Positions 25,128-39,894 are shown, counted from the stretch's first letter. The stretch is DNA of 64,000 nt from Paecilomyces variotii (GCA_004022145.1 RCNU01000002.1), one strand, 5' to 3'. Made by a program: numbers and translations. Notes: generated by a model not told the origin, from the sequence alone.

Positions 25128-28100
25128 CTATTGCCAATATCGAGGCTCGTTGAAGACATGATACTGGTGGCCACGGACACCCTGTCCGCGGAACAAAGAC
25201 GGGAAGCGACGGCCCACTGGGACCAGTTCCTCAGAGAGTCGCACCTCCTCCTCCGGCTCAGGTTCACCAATAACAAATTTGCCCACCTGGAGTCAAAGTT
25301 AGTCAAGGGCAAAAACGGGACGGATTATGCAACGCAAGTAGTTCAAAAATAGAGAGCTTACCTGGATCTCAGTATCCGTAATGGAATCCCGGCTGACTCT
25401 AGCGTAGCCTGTCCGCTTCAATCCCTTGTAGAGGATGTATTCGCACCACCTGTCCCAGTCGGTAGGGTCGATGTCCTTCATGCCACTCAGTTCGCTTACG
25501 TAGGTGTTGTAATTTCCCTCGAGTGGCTTGGTAACAAGGTAGCTCAGTAGAATGAGCGGCCGAGGCGACTCGCCCATAAGTTTGGACAAGTATTCGGTCT
25601 GCAGACGGCGATCTTCGGGGTCTTCTTCCTGACCGGAGTGGAAAACGACAACATCCACGAGCTCGCCATAGACGTCTAGAGTGGCATGGGTCGCAGGTGC
25701 CAGCTCACCAACGGGAGATGGCAGAAGGTGATGAGTCGAGTTGATAATAGGGAACTTCGAGAGTAGCGCTGAACCCCAGGTGTGCTTGTTGGGACCAGGG
25801 CCGAAGTCGACATACATGCCCAGATCCTCCGCAAGAACTTGGGTGGCATCACGGTTACCCATGATGATGCGCTGATTATCTGACTCCAATAATCCAATGA
25901 CGTCGATCTCGAGCTCCTCGATGACTTTGCGCATACGTTGCTCAGAGGACCACATGTCGTTGTCCAGAGCGAAATGAATGGTCCAGATGCCAGCGGTGAT
26001 GACTTTGTCATCCTTATGATACGGCTGGTAGTCATTCGTGGGGAATCGCAGATAAGCCACGGCAATGGAAAGCAGCTGCAGGATGGCAAGCACGTAAAGA
26101 TAATACGAACGCTGCTTTTTGCCTTGCGGATTCATTGGCTTACTCCTAGAAGTTGACGAGGAATTCGACACGGCATTAGAGAATACACCTGCTCCAATTA
26201 GAAGCATGGTCGTGATCATGACCCAGTCAGTATGCTCTCTCACGAGAGGGCCACCAGGCACAAAGGCGTAAGCGACCACCCAGACATGGAACAGAACCAT
26301 GAAGTTATAGACGAAGAAGCCAAGCCCAAAAGTAGTGGCGGGGGAATGTCGAACGGCGGAGGAAATAAAGACCGGAACCATAGCCATGAGATAGAAAGCT
26401 AGCGTCAAACCACCGTAGTAGCCAAACCAATGACTGTAAGAAGTCAAGATCGCAGCTCCCACAGAAGCGATGCCGAATGCAGTCCAGCTACCAGCGACAC
26501 GTGGATAGAATAGACCGAAGATGAGTCCAGCTCCCATAATAAAGATCGTCACAGCGCCGTGGGGAGCCGCCATCGGACCTCTGACGGGATATCCGTCCCA
26601 AACCCAGATGATCATGGTACTGGAATCAGACAGGAGAGAGTGCAGACCGAAAAAAAGCCCAGCAAGACCGAAAGCCGCCAGAATGGGAGACCCTTTCCTG
26701 CCGCTGGGCGGGAAGTAGTCGCCTCCACTGACTGTTGGCCGTCTGGTCGACCGCAGTACGGCAAGGATGGCGAGAGCCAAACCCAGCTTGTTCCAGCCGC
26801 CATTTTCCGCGTGCATAGTCGGCCAGATAGGGTTGTTCGTCTTAAAGGCGAACTTGGCCACACTGGACGCAATTAGGCCGATGGCCCAGGCCAGAATACG
26901 CGACTCTAATCGAACTGACTGAGCACGCTCACCAAACCAAGTAGCAGCCCATGCCAAGCAGCTTATAAAAACTGCAGCACCCGTGACGAACAGCCGGGAG
27001 GCTGGATCCTTGACGAGGAAAGCGAGCAGACCGATCAGCGATGCGAAATGCAAGGCACGGATATTGTTGGTCGCGAGAGAGCGTAGAGATGGGATGGCGA
27101 GCAGGAAAGGTGAGCATGTAGACATTATAAAGACTTCATAGCCGGAGATGCCCATATGCCACAGGGGGAAATCTATAAAACGTTAGAAGAAATACGAAGA
27201 CATCGCCTAAGGGAATCTTTACACCAAACCAAGAGACCCAGAGAAGTCAAGTATGACCAAAACACAAACTATGTCTGTCAGCAGAGATTCATCTTCTACC
27301 GGCTGGATGAGACAATACCCCGCTGTAAACATCGGCGGCAGCGTCGATGGCCTCAGACCAGACGAAGCCCTGGCCAAAAGTGTTGCCAACAGGCTTGCCC
27401 TTCCTGTCTGGGGGTCAATTTCTGGATACTAGATCTGGTCGCAAGGAAATATAGCACATACTCTTTGTCCAGGACGACATCCGCAGTGGTCTTCAACTGT
27501 CTGTTGATTTCATCTTAGAGAAGGTCTTTCATTTGATTTTTTCCAGAAACCCATTTCCGACTGTACATTTGTCTACTTTGGAAGCCACTGAACATACCCT
27601 CTGCTAACCCCCTTGGTATCTCTCACAACGAGCTCAAACGCCTCAAAGTCAAGCGCAGTGACAGCATCGAAGCCGACATCAAACAGAATCAAAGACCACT
27701 CGAAGAAAGCGTACTTGGTGTAAGCTAGGCGACACGTAAGCCTATATCCTTCGAATGTATCAGGTTAATGGTCACTTACCACCGGGGACCTTATGGACCT
27801 TGTGCTGAATGAAGTAGTAAATCAACGGCACCAGGGTACCGAAAAAAAGGCCTGCCAGGATCTTTCTGTACTTGACTGCACGGCGGTTGTTGGGACTCAG
27901 TGCCAGACAGCCAAGCGTCCAAGGCAAGGTCGCAACTAAATAAGAAATCATGAAGATATCATGCCAGTCATGGTCGTCGGTAGATGTGATGTACGTCCAC
28001 CCTCCGCAGGTCAGGGTTCTGAAGATCCCTGTCCCAGCAACCACTTTCGGAAGAGTCGCGTTGGGCCGTGCAGTCAGAACATACCAAAGGAAGACCAGAG

Positions 28101-28423
28101 CGAATCGAGGACCGGAAGTTATAGCGATAAAGATTTGAAAGATCGAACGTTCGGGGTAGCGATCACCGATGGTCGCTGATACCGAAGGAAACCACTCGTC
28201 AGGGTAACCATAATGCTCGTTCTGAACGATCTTCCTGAAATGGAGGGCCATGCCAACAATCAATGCACCGATGAAAGCCGTATACGCGAAGAAAGTGTGT
28301 GCCCAGGACACCCATTTTCCGTTGACCTACATGATATTAAGAATTCATCTTGGAAAGCTCGGAAGTGCAGGGTGGGAGACTTACTGCCACGACGGCATCC
28401 CCGTCCTTGAACTTGGGGGCCAT
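25128..28423 (-). CDS. cwh43: Calcofluor white hypersensitive protein Cwh43 (Frag1/PGAP2 domain plus exo-endo-phosphatase domain; GPI lipid remodelling), multi-exon
   Basis: Start MAPKFKDGDAVVA; YGYPDEWFPSVSATIGDRYPERS, GGWTYITSTDDHDWHD, GIWTIHF, GLLESD, HSGQEEDPEDRRLQ, DWDRWCEYI, ITDTEIQ|VGKF...YHVFNEPRYWQ*. Confidence 0.93.
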
Positions 28424-28763
28424 GGCAGCGCTTAGAGAACGACTGGTTCTGGAAGCAATTAAGAGATATACAAAAGAATGTCAAGAAAGAAAAAGAACAT
28501 GGATTGATGGGACGGCGTAAGGAAAAGACGCCCCTGAGGTGAGCAACTTCGAGGACAGTTGGACAATTCCGGGCCCGACGGGAAACGCGTTGCGGGAGCT
28601 GGACTGGACACCCGCTTAATCAGGCTTAGACAGGCTAGTCCACCACGGGAAGGCGGTCTCGGCCTCTCGGGGGGTCCCTAACTTTTTGTGCCTGTGAAAG
28701 ACGATAATAAATTAATTATTATCAGTCTGCAAGCAAAGCAGGTCTTCAAATCCAGCAGCCACT

Positions 28764-30007
28764 ATGGCGGGTGCCAGCGACAAGGCGCGCTTCTATCTGG
28801 AGCAGTCGGTTCCCGAGCTGAGGGAATACGAGAAGAAAAAAATATTCAGCAAGGTTCGAATGCTGCTGCCATCGGGAAGTCTGCTGCGCACTAGAAACTA
28901 ACCATTGCGACATAGGAGGAAATCACATCGATCGCAAAGAAACGATCAGACTTTGAGCATAAGTTGAACGCTCGAGGAGCGCAACCTGTGGATTTCGCCC
29001 GATATGCAGAATATGAAATGAATCTGGATCTTCTCCGGCGAAAAAGAACAAAGAGGCTAGGGATCAAGATGCCCGCGCATACGGGTCAGCGACGAATTTT
29101 CTTCATCCTGGAACGTGCGACACGGAAGTTCCATGGAGACGTCAGTCTTTGGCTTCAATATATCGAATACGCCAGACAGCAGAAAGCACATAAGAAGCTC
29201 TCTCAGATTTTCACTAATGCGCTTCGTCTACATCCCACCAACGCTGAGCTCTGGATCTATGCGGCCAAATATGTTCTCGATGATCATGCGGACATGACGC
29301 AGGCTAGAAGTTACATGCAGCGGGGATTGCGGTTCTGCAAGAGTTCGAAAACGTTGTGGATTCAGTATGCTAAACTGGAGATGATCTACATCACTAAGAT
29401 CTCTGCTCGACGCCAAATACTAGGTCTTGACCGTGTCCAGGAGGACGCAGAGCCAGCCACGACAGCGGACGATCATGATGCCGACATGATTGCTCTCCCC
29501 AAGGTCACGGCTGAAGACATCAACCCGACGCTCGGTCAGGACGAGGGGGTCGACCAGGTCGCGCTGCAGAACCTCAAGTCCACGCCCGCCTTGAGCGGCG
29601 CCATTCCTATGGCTATTTTCGATACTGCCATGAAACACTTCAACAACGATGATCGCTTCGGACACGACTTCTACGACATGGTCTCCCAGTTTGAAGGGAC
29701 GGAATGCTTCCGCAAGATCCTTGGTCATGTTGTGGACGCTCTGCTCGCAAGCTCCCCAGGAAGCTACCACACAAGAATATGCTACATCAAGTTCCCGACA
29801 GCCGGTATCAGTGTCACATCTCCTGAGTTCCCACGAGCCTTTGGGGCTTCTCTGAGTCGCTTAAAGGAAGGCCCACAGGATAAGAAACTGGCGGAAGAGA
29901 TGGTGAAATGGCTGCGGCCCTTGACGGAGAAGGAGGAGCTAGATCCGGCTTTGTTCAAAGTGCTGTCTGCAACTCTGCAGAGATCCCAACGTACTCTCGA
30001 TGAGTAG
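28764..30007 (+). CDS. utp6: U3 snoRNA-associated protein 6 (HAT repeats); one intron ~28854-28915
   Basis: MAGASDKARFYLEQSVPELREYEKKKIFSK|EEITSIAKKRSDFEHKL...YAEYEMNL, ARSYMQRGLRF. Confidence 0.9.
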
Positions 30008-30127
30008 GGTAATAAAAAAAGTTTGCAATTGGTCCCGCCGTGGGAGTTTGTCGATGTATCAAAAAGGCGTTTCTGGCGAAGACAATTGACGTTCCGAAGA
30101 CATGTATATACGATAGTAGCGCATAGA

Positions 30128-30848
30128 TCACTCATCATACTTGCTACCTCGCCGGCTGCTCTTCTTGTTGCTAAGGTGCTTCTTCATTTGGATCCTCGCC
30201 TCATTTTCTACTTTTTGGCTATGTAGAGTCAGTACGTACGGTCGACGGGGTAACGTTAGCCCGCAAAAGACATACAGCTTTTTGACTTTTTCCTTTTGCT
30301 CCTCGGATGTTTCACCCCGAATCGCGTCTTTCCCGGCACTTGCTAGCAATAGCCGGAGCTTCTCGAAACACGACTCCACATTGGCAGACTGCTTACGCGA
30401 GTCATCCGACTGTATGACCAGACTGTCCGTTCGCTCAGCGGCATACCGTGATGACCGCAGTTGCGAATGTAGGACTGGGGGAACCAGTGGGAGTAGAGAA
30501 TTGAATGGCACTCTCAGCGTAGCCTTTGTATTGACCCTGCCCATTGAGACTGTCAGTTGATTTGAAAGCAGCAGATGGCACTCTTCCTGGACCAACAACC
30601 TACTTGTTGACGTTCTGCCCTCCAGGACCACTGGACCTGCTAAAAGCTACCTCACAGATATGGCGTGGAATGGTATTGGAATTGAGCTTCGCCAGCCACT
30701 CTCTAGCGGCTCTCAAGTCCTCCTCGCTGACCTCCTGGACATCCTGGAGAGCTGCTGCACGTCTAGACGCGAATTGTCGCTGGGCGGATGCATATCGAAA
30801 GCACACAGGACTCGAGAGGGCACGGGTTCGTCCTACCGTCGCGAGCAT
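30128..30848 (-). CDS. Mitochondrial peptidyl-tRNA hydrolase, ICT1/Pth4-like (RF-1 GGQ domain); 2 introns
   Basis: Mitochondrial presequence; FSRSSGPGGQNVNK|VNTKATLR; IQSDDSRKQSANVESCFEKL; basic C-tail KKHLSNKKSSRR. Confidence 0.88.
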
Positions 30849-31460
30849 TTTCTTTACATAACGTGGAGCGACGTACGGTAGTTAGATAGTCAACTGACTG
30901 GTTGACTTATTAGTTAGTTGGTTAGTTAATTCAACAAAGAGCGAGCTTGCAGAAGAAGCGCTGCTAAGAATAAGAATCCGGCATGCCAAACGGTCTGGCC
31001 CGCCCCAAGCTTTCAGGGCCCGCCGGACGCCACCCGTCGAGTTCACTTCGTCTTGTCTCTCCGTGCTCTCTCGGCGGCCCAGACCCTCTTCTTATCCCTC
31101 CCCCGATCTCTGCCATCTCGCGACGTTGATTATTATTCATCTCCTTGTCTCCTCCATCTCCTCACTCTCTCTCCCCCTCTCTCTTTCTCTCTCTTTAGCA
31201 CTTCCTGCCACCATCTCCTACCACCTACTCCCATCTTCCTCCATCCCCTCCTCCCTCTCCTCCCGTATCCCAAACCCCTCAATCGACGCCTGCGTGGTTG
31301 GCCTGCCCTCGCTTCTTCTAGATCCGCGCAGTCATCCGTCCGTTCCTCTCGAACATTGCCCCACCTTAGCTCATCGCATCGATCGAAAATCCCTATTTCC
31401 CGTGGTCCTCCAGCATTCTGCGTTGTAGATGCCTGCCCTTATCCTTTGTCCGTTGCCTAC

Positions 31461-34445
31461 ATGACGTCCAGTCCGCCGGATGAAGCTATCCATTTTCGTG
31501 GCAAGACTCTGACTCCGGAGAGTCCGCGTCCTCTGCACGTTCCGGAGCCCGCCAATATCCCCGTGCTCCAGAATATGATGGATCCGGTCTTCAACGATAC
31601 TTCCACGTACGAGAAATCGCAGTCTGCTCAGGAGTCTATCCCGACGTACAATGAGAACCCCGCGCAAGGAACATGGCCTGGATACGTGAGCGGAGGGAAC
31701 ACACAGGGTGCAGGGCCGGCGCAGGGCCAGGAAACAGGTAGCTTCCACTTTGATTCTCAACAGGTGGATGGATCGATGAACAGAAATGAGACGAACCTAT
31801 CAACCGATAAAAATGCACTTCCGTCGCACCGTTCTTCACCTACTGTGGTGGAGGTGTCTACTGCTCGTCCAAATCCAGCAAACCCAAGTCTAACTGCTGT
31901 TCCGTCAGATCCCACTGCCCTTCTAGAAAATGCTATATCCGAAGGTTCCTCCTCTCAGCGTCCTCCTGCCCCCGATTCTGCTCCCGCGCCTCCCCAGGAT
32001 AAACCCATCGCGACGGCGTTAGATGCTCCAGGCCCTGATTCCCAGCAGCCGCCGCCATCGCAGGATGGCCTAGAAACTGAACAACGCAGAGATGTCGCAC
32101 CCAATGCGGCTGAGGACGGCATTGACTTTCAGAATCTGCTGGATAATTTGTCCCCATCTGCCTCGACCGCTCCAGCTGGTCTAACAGTCACTGCGACCGC
32201 TTCTTCTCCAGCTGAAGACCCTACGCTGCCGCAGACAGCGACGGATAGGTCCCTTCCCACCCCTCTTGGCCTGCCTCCACGTCCCCCGCCCCAGGAAAAG
32301 CCTTTCATCCACCCCAATTACACTCCCACTGATGATATTCGTTCATATCATCAATTCCCCCCGCAGACGTCGTCCACGTCTACGGCATATGGTTCGCAGC
32401 AAGGTAGCTATCCAGCCTCCGGGCCGTCACCCGCAGTCGTGGCCCCCGTGGCCCCCGTGGCCCCAGGCGCCCCAGGGACATCCTCCGGGGCGAGTGATCT
32501 GCCACCTCCCCCTGTTCCTACCTTTCAACAATCCCAGCCGTCTACAGTCAGCCCCCAGCAATCTCCCCCTTCCAATCAGCCCAGCCAAAAAGCTGTTAGA
32601 GTCGACAGGCACACGGGAAAGCCGCAACCGGAGGATGAAGCTCCATGGGGTCCCGAAGTGCAAAAGAAATACGATGAGTTCCTTCATGATGAGCGCGTGT
32701 ATGTCACTGAAGGTCTCTGGGATCGTTTCCCTCCCGGATCCAGATTATTTGTTGGTCAGTATATACCTCAATGGCCTTCCTCGCCGGCGTTGTTGTGTTC
32801 CTAACTGTATGAAGGCAATCTCCCCACGGAAAGAGTAACCAAACGAGATCTGTTTCATCTATTCCACAAGTATGGGAAGCTAGCTCAGATTTCTATCAAG
32901 CAGGCCTATGGTTTCATCCAGTTTCTCGATGCCAATGCTTGCTATGAGGCTCTTCAAGCAGAACAGGGTGGGATAGTGCGAGGGCGGAAGATTCGTAAGT
33001 ATTCAGTCCATTGGCTGCTATGCCTTAAGTGGATGTTAATGTATCAATCTTCTGCAGATTTGGAGATATCAAAGCCTCAGAGGAATACTAGGCAAGGTCC
33101 GCCTCCGGCTGAGTCCTCCCGTGCCCCTCCGTCGAGGCGCTCACGGTCACCGGACTTTAACCGGAGTGGACCGCCGGGTCGTGGTTCTGGAGATCGTTAT
33201 GACAGAGCCTATGACTCTGGAAGAGTGCCGTTCAGTGATTTTAGGGATGAGCATCGTCCCCGAAGACGTGATGATTATCGGCCGCCGCGATCTCCCTCCC
33301 CGCGCGGCTATCGTAGCAGAGAGGGATATAGGTCCCGTGATCGGACCCCTGACAGGTACGATCGACGAGAAAGACGACGTTCGAGATCACCTTACGGGAG
33401 AGAGCGGCGATACAGAAGTCCCAGTCCCAGGGCACGTGGTGGGTATGACAGTGATTCAGACCTGCCTATTCCCCGAAGAGCGCCTAGGGATGTTCCAGAC
33501 GTGCAGATCATTGTCCTTGATGATGTGGATAGGTGAGCGTTACGATCTGTTCTAGTCTAAATGTATTCCTGACTGATCTTTGCAGAAACTTCATCTTCCG
33601 CATCGAGGGTGCTTTCCAGAGTCGGGGACTACGAGTTGACGTTATGGCACCCAGTTCCCGCATCTCGATATCGGCCATCGTGCATCGTCAAATGGTGGAA
33701 GGCGTCCTCGCGGTAGTCAAAGTCGCGCGCAACCATCAGTATTCTGGCAAGATCCCCTTGCAGGTCTTCGATAGGACTGGTGGTCCAGACAATGTTCGCT
33801 TCAATGGTGAGTTCTGCTCACCTTTGTGCTGCAGGCTGTGTCTAACATATGAACCTAGAATACACCGACCTGGACCTCAATGTAGCCGCCGAAGTGGTGG
33901 TTCGTGCTCAAACCATGCAGCGTGGCGGCGTTCCCAATCCTACTGCTCCCGCTCCTTTCCCACCAAACCCAGCATTTGCGACTGCTGCTCAGTTTCCAGC
34001 TTTGCAAGCCCAACAAGCTGCATTACCAGCCCTCTCTAATCCAGGCAACATTGCCAGCCTAATTTCCACTCTGGACGGGCCGACCCTGCAGTCCCTCCTT
34101 GGGGCCCTTCAACAGCAGCAGAGGCCAGCAGCAGTACAATCCGTCCAGCAGCCATTCCCGGCTGCTCCGGCGGTCAACCAAGCCGATCTTGCGAGTCTCC
34201 TGAACCAAGCTACTCGGCAGCAGAATCCTGTGCCAGCTCTGCAGGTCCCGCCCCAGCGGCCATTGCCCGGTCAATCATTCGGTTTACCGATTCAGAATCC
34301 TCCCGTGGTCCCAGATCCTAATCTGATGTCGCTGTTGGCCAAGGGCTTGGGCGGGCAGCAGCCACAGCCCCAGCCTCAGAACCCAGCCGCTATTGGCCCT
34401 CAGGTACAAAACATTGTCAATCAGTTGACAAAATGGAAGCAATGA
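31461..34445 (+). CDS. nab3: Nab3-like RRM RNA-binding protein with RS-rich region, multi-exon
   Basis: FPPGSRLFV|GNLPTERVTKRDLFHLFHKYGKLAQISIKQAYGFIQF...|LEISKPQ RRM; RS/RD repeats; VPDVQII domain; Q/P-rich tail. Confidence 0.8.
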
Positions 34446-34989
34446 GCTGTGATATCCCCCTATTTCATGTTTCTTGCGGCGTCTCTTCTTTTCTCAAGCC
34501 CCGGTTCGGTACAGGTTAGGTGTTGTTCTTTGATGGCTTGATAATCCCTTCTGTTTCTTGATGCGACTATCAGCGACGGTGATGTGATTCTACAGGACGG
34601 TTCAGTTCTCGGGTGGTTGGCGAATGGGACCTTTTGCAATCGGAGAGATTAAGGGTTTGATCGTCCGTCTCCAAACATGCAACTTTGCAATCGGAGCTTT
34701 GTTTTCTTTCTACATGCAGATATATGGTGACCGCTTTTTGTTCATCCGGAACACGAGTATAGATGCGCGGTGTACGGTACATAATACGAACATCCTTCTC
34801 TTCAACGATGTAATATCCTTTTAGGCGAGTGGTGTGCTATTTTTATTGTCATATTATAAGCAGAATTTGGTATGATGGTCGTAAAAGACAAAATATAGTA
34901 CAGTGTTATCTGCTTCGAAGAACCAGCAAAGAAACTCTTTTTTGACTCCGTGCCCTAATGCATCTTCATTCTCTCATCTTGTTTCATGC

Positions 34990-35434
34990 TCATTGCGCCT
35001 TTTCAGCATTTTTTGCCGCCTCTTCGCGCTTTATCCGCTCGATGGTCTGATCCCGGTTCCATTCCATGACCCGCTTCTCCTTGAAGTATTTCACCTGTCC
35101 ATTAGACATGTTGTCAGTTCATGCATCCATTCCAACGAGTCCGCCCAAAAATACTGGGGAAAAAAGATCCACAAACAACCACACAATAGCTCAATGTCTA
35201 ACATACCCAAGTCTTGGAGCAAGCGGTCTCGAACTCCGCAATCTCCTTGCCACACTTTCGCCGTGCCTCCTTGTCATACTTGATCGCATCGACGATATCA
35301 TTCCGGTCCAGGCAGTTGAAGAAGAGGTCCCGGCCGATGTAGCATTGTTCGCGCGAGGAGCGGTCCGGTGCGATGCGGCCGCCGTCGGAGGCCTTGGGGG
35401 ACTCAGATCCGCCCGACCATGGAAGCCAGCCCAT
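34990..35434 (-). CDS. coa6: Cytochrome c oxidase assembly factor 6 (COX6B-like twin-Cys); one intron
   Basis: APDRSSREQCYIGRDLFFNCLD...C...FETACSKTW|VKYFKEKRVME. Confidence 0.88.
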
Positions 35435-35969
35435 TGTGGTTTCTCCTTTTGTCTTTGGAAGTTGTGCTGTGTATGAACAGGTGTTTGGTATGGCAGATGA
35501 AGAGCAGAGTAGATTTAGATCAACAAGCGTGAGACGGTGAAGTCGATTCGATCCCGCTCCGCAACAAGTCTGGAAGCTCCTCGGCCTCCAAACGCGCTTC
35601 TTTCCGGGCGCGGCTGCAGCGCCAATCGGGAGGATCGAAGCGCGGGCAATGAGGATCGTCGTTTCTGAGCCGTCTTCTTTTCGCCAGCTTTCCACCTGGA
35701 TGTTTCTATTTGCCTCTCGTTGCTTTACTGTTGATATCTCTTTGCGGCTGTGATTGTTCACTAGGAGTTTATCTCAACTAGCGATATCTCCTACCTTGCA
35801 GCCACAAACAGACGAAACTATATCATAAGCTTAATCTAGGGTCGTCAGTCTCCGCAGGCAGTTTAATAACGTCAACACATCGTCCGTCCTCAGCACTGCG
35901 CCTCTCACAACGCACTCAGTGGCCTCTTACATACGGGCTTGAGGACGCAATTGTCCCTTCTGTTGTTTC

Positions 35970-36743
35970 ATGCCCCCGCGCCGCCGTCCGCCTCGAGCGG
36001 GGGCACTGACGGATCTCCCGCCGCTCAAGATCATCAAGAAGATCGCCGTCCTGCAACTCGCCTACTATGCTTGCGCCACTATTCTCATCCTGTTCACGAC
36101 TCTCGTGGCAGGTCAGCCGTTTTCGCCGGCTCTGATTCTCAGTTGGGATAGTTTACGGGGAGACACTACGATCGGATGGATGCTCGGGTTAGTGTGGATG
36201 TTGAATAGTTTCCTATGGTGAGTAGGCCATATCCTCTTATCCTTGCGCCGCAAGCAGCATGCGAAATAGCGCGTGGTTATACGATGCGCAAGAAACAAAT
36301 TGCTAATATTCCTTTCTCACAGTGTCATATTCCTCCTTCTCCTCGTCTCGCGCTCCAAACTCATCCCTGATTTCGCCTTGACCATCCACTTCATCCACCT
36401 CGTCGTCGTGTCGCTATACACGCACTCTCTCCCATCCAACTGGCTATGGTGGGGTCTACAATTCGGTAGCGCTGCATTAATGATCTTTCTCGGAATCTGG
36501 GCCTGTCAGTGGCGGGAGCTCAAACCCATCAGCTTCGGTGGACTGGGCGGTAGCAGCAGCAATACCGGCAGCAATGCCAATCAACAGTCATCCTCCCAGC
36601 ATGGCCAACAGAACGGGTCCGCAGAATCAGGAGATGATTCACAACTAGCTGGATTCTCTCGAGGCCGCGGACGAGGCCGGAACCTCCGGGACGGTGCTGG
36701 CGAGTACGAGATGGTCGACATGAAAGAGACCGAGGATGTATGA
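35970..36743 (+). CDS. sys1: Golgi integral membrane protein Sys1; one intron ~36218-36322
   Basis: LPPLKIIKKIAVLQLAYY, four TM segments, RSKLIPDFALTIHFIHL, WACQWRELKPISF. Confidence 0.88.
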
Positions 36744-37462
36744 GACTTAATCATCGGACTGTACACGTCTCTTCCTTTTTTTTGCATTCTACTTTGTTTT
36801 GTGCTGGTTCACGAGATGACTGAGCCGTCTGTTCATACAGATTCGATACCATTTTGCTTCTTCTCTTTGTCGTTGTTATCTACTTACTGTCAGATTATTC
36901 TCTCATCGGTCATGACCAAACGATGTAGTCACTTTGTACTATTCTCCCAGCCGGCGTTTTCTTTTCGTTTGTTGCTTTGTTACAAATCTCGGAGAAAGGG
37001 GGCAGTGGGTCTAGGGAGGTTTCATCTTTTGTTCTCTACCTGCCTTTTCCATTGCATGGAAGTTGCAAGTCGTGTATTACATGCTTTGCATATGTGTATA
37101 TGCATATCAATATGCATTGTTATATTTATATCCATAGGTACATATTTTATATGTATATTCTCGATTATTTGTAATACCACTTACCACGTGCGTAGTGTAT
37201 GAGGTGAAGAAAAGGACCGCTGGAATTGGAAACACTGTTCAAGGTAGAATAATAACAGGAATAACCCAATCATACTATATCATACCATTTGATATCATTG
37301 CATGTCATGATGAATAAAAACGAAAAGACAAATCCATATATACAAAAAGCCAAAAGACCTACAGAGCAATAAAACAGCTATGAGGGCAAATCATTTCAGA
37401 CCCAGATAGTATATTTTATTATTGTTTATTTATTTTTTTTTCCCGCTCTGTACTTAGTCTGT

Positions 37463-39676
37463 TCAAGGAGTAACGGCGTTTCCGAGCAACTTGCCAATTT
37501 CCTCTGCGATAGCCATCGTGCGCTCCTCACTGAGTCGGCGACCGATGATCTGGACTGCGACGGGGGCACCATGGTACGCTTCGGGGTCATCTGGTAGAAA
37601 AGGCAAGTTAGTATATGCTTTACTTTCGCTTCGCGCATGTTATGTTGACAAGAGAGAGAGAGAGAAGGGTTGAAGTGGGACTTACACTCGCCCTGCACGA
37701 CGCCATCGAGCTCATTCAGGGGCTTATAGTTCTCCTTCTTCACATCGATAGTCTTATCCGCAAAAGTGACGGGAACAACCACACTCGTGAAATCGAGCAG
37801 ATTGATCGCGGATGCGTAGCCGTAGTATCGGAACTGGTTGTGGCGGACCGCAGCAGTAGGGGTGATGGGAGCGATGATGGCATCGAGTTCCTTGCCGAGC
37901 TGTTCCTCTGCCTCGCGCCACTTGGCGAGGTATTCAACCTGGTAGTTCCATTTCTTGAGCTGGACGTCCCAGAGCTCGTTCATGTCGGCCTTCTTGATAT
38001 TGGGCTGCAGGAGGTCTTTGATGTTGGGGATGGCGGGTTCGCCAGAGGCGTTGATGTCGCGGTAGACGTCCTGGATGGGGGAGTTAGTTTTGGTCTGCTC
38101 CGTGAGAGGGGGGGGGGGGAATCATACAGTGCAGCCGTCAGAGGCGTAGATTCCGTTGATTAGGTCGACAGCGAAGTCGTGCTTGTATGGCGTCCAGGGG
38201 ACGACATTGTGGCCGTTCTTCTTGAGCGTTGAGACAACGGTCTCGATACCACGGAGGATGGGCGGGTGAGGGAGAACCTGGATAACAAGGTGGTGAGCAA
38301 ATCTGGAACGGTTGATGAGAAGGGTATGTGAATTCCGGTACTTACGTTTCCGTCACAGTTGAAGAATCCAAGAGTGAGACCGCCGGAGCTGAGCTTGGAC
38401 TTGATGATGTCCTCTTCATTCTGCCTCCAGGGCAGCGGAATGACCTTGGAGTCGTACTTCCATGGCTCCTCACTCAACACGGAAGTGACAAACAACTTCA
38501 GGTCTGGTTACATTGTTAGGTAGTTGCTCAAGAAGAATCAATGCACGTATAGTAGGAAACGTACCGGGAACCGAGTGTGCGATAGGACCACAGACACTGT
38601 GGACAGTCTCCTGGCCCTCCATGCTGTTGGCCATCTTGGCGTACGGCATGCGGCCATGGCTGGGCCGCAGACCATACAGGAAGTTGAATGCTGATGGAAC
38701 ACGGATAGAACCGCCTGTTGGAGGACAAAAAGATCAGCATCTTGTCCATGTCAATCGCATAATTGGCGACGGTCATCTTTTATCTCTATCGATAACCGCG
38801 ATAAGGAGCATCCCACTCACCGATATCGGTGCCCACACCAATGATTCCTCCGCGGAAACCAACGTTGGCTCCCTCGCCGCCTGAACTACCACCGCACGAC
38901 CAGTTCTTGTTGCGCGGGTTGACCGTCCGTCCGATGATGTTGTTGACGGTCTCACAGACCATCAGGGTCTGGGGGACGCTGGTCTTGACGTAGAAGACTG
39001 CACCGGCCTTGCGCAGGAGGGTCACCATGATCGACTCATCGGTGTCATACTTGCCTAGCCACGAGACATATCCCATGGAAGTTTCAAAGCCCTGTCATTT
39101 GAATGGCTGTTAAAACCACAAATCAAAAAACAAGGTATTCCGTGTCTCGCACTGAACTTACCTTGACGCGGAACTGATCCTTGAGCGAAATGGGCAGACC
39201 ATGGAGAGGTCCAATGGGTTTCTTGTTCTTCTCAAAGTACTCATCCAGCTCCTTGGCCTGGGCCAGAGCAGCATCAGGGAAGAATTCCAGAGCACAGTTC
39301 AACTGAGCAGAGAATACAAGAGTCAGCTAATCAAGCCACTTCCCGGGCGCTGAAATTGATCCATCTCAAATCAAGCCATGCATATATATCTCTGATCTAT
39401 GAACAGACTCACCAATTGATGCGCAAGAGCAGCTCTTTTGCAGAAGGCAAGGGTGACATCGTACGACTTCAGCTCTCCAGTCGCTAACTTGGCCACCAGG
39501 TCTGTAGCAGTGCTATTGGTAATCTCAAGCTCCTTTGCCGATAGGAGGCCGCTCTTGGTGGGGTAATCGATCACGGAATCCTCCGTTGGGAGCGTCTGGA
39601 TCTTCCACTCGGCGGGGATAGTCTTCTCAAGACGAGCGCGCTTGTCCGCGACGAGTTCCTCCCACTTCTCAGGCAT
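37463..39676 (-). CDS. amdS: Acetamidase (amidase signature family), multi-exon
   Basis: [104 protein letters not shown]. Confidence 0.92.
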
Positions 39677-39894
39677 TGTTTCTGTCTCTTTTTTCCCTCG
39701 GGATGTTGGTATTAGGGGCTTGGTAAATAGCGGGGAAACCGGACCAAATAACTGCTCGGCCGAGAGAGGTAACTAGGAGCAAATGGAGCTGAACGTCCGG
39801 GTAGGATTCTTCTCGCCGGGATACTGCAGGTCTATCAAGGTAAAGGAAGAGGAGGAAGAGAATGAAGCCATCGAGACAATCAGGGGGGGTTCAT

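Noticed and set aside
24840..25352. 170-aa plus-strand ORF
   Set aside because: Antisense to the last exon and 3' UTR of cwh43; starts at TTG and has no recognisable motifs.
31053..31460. N-terminal extension of the nab3-like ORF from a TTG
   Set aside because: CT-rich promoter/leader sequence; the first ATG at 31461 begins the conserved MTSSPP...FRGKTLTPESP sequence.
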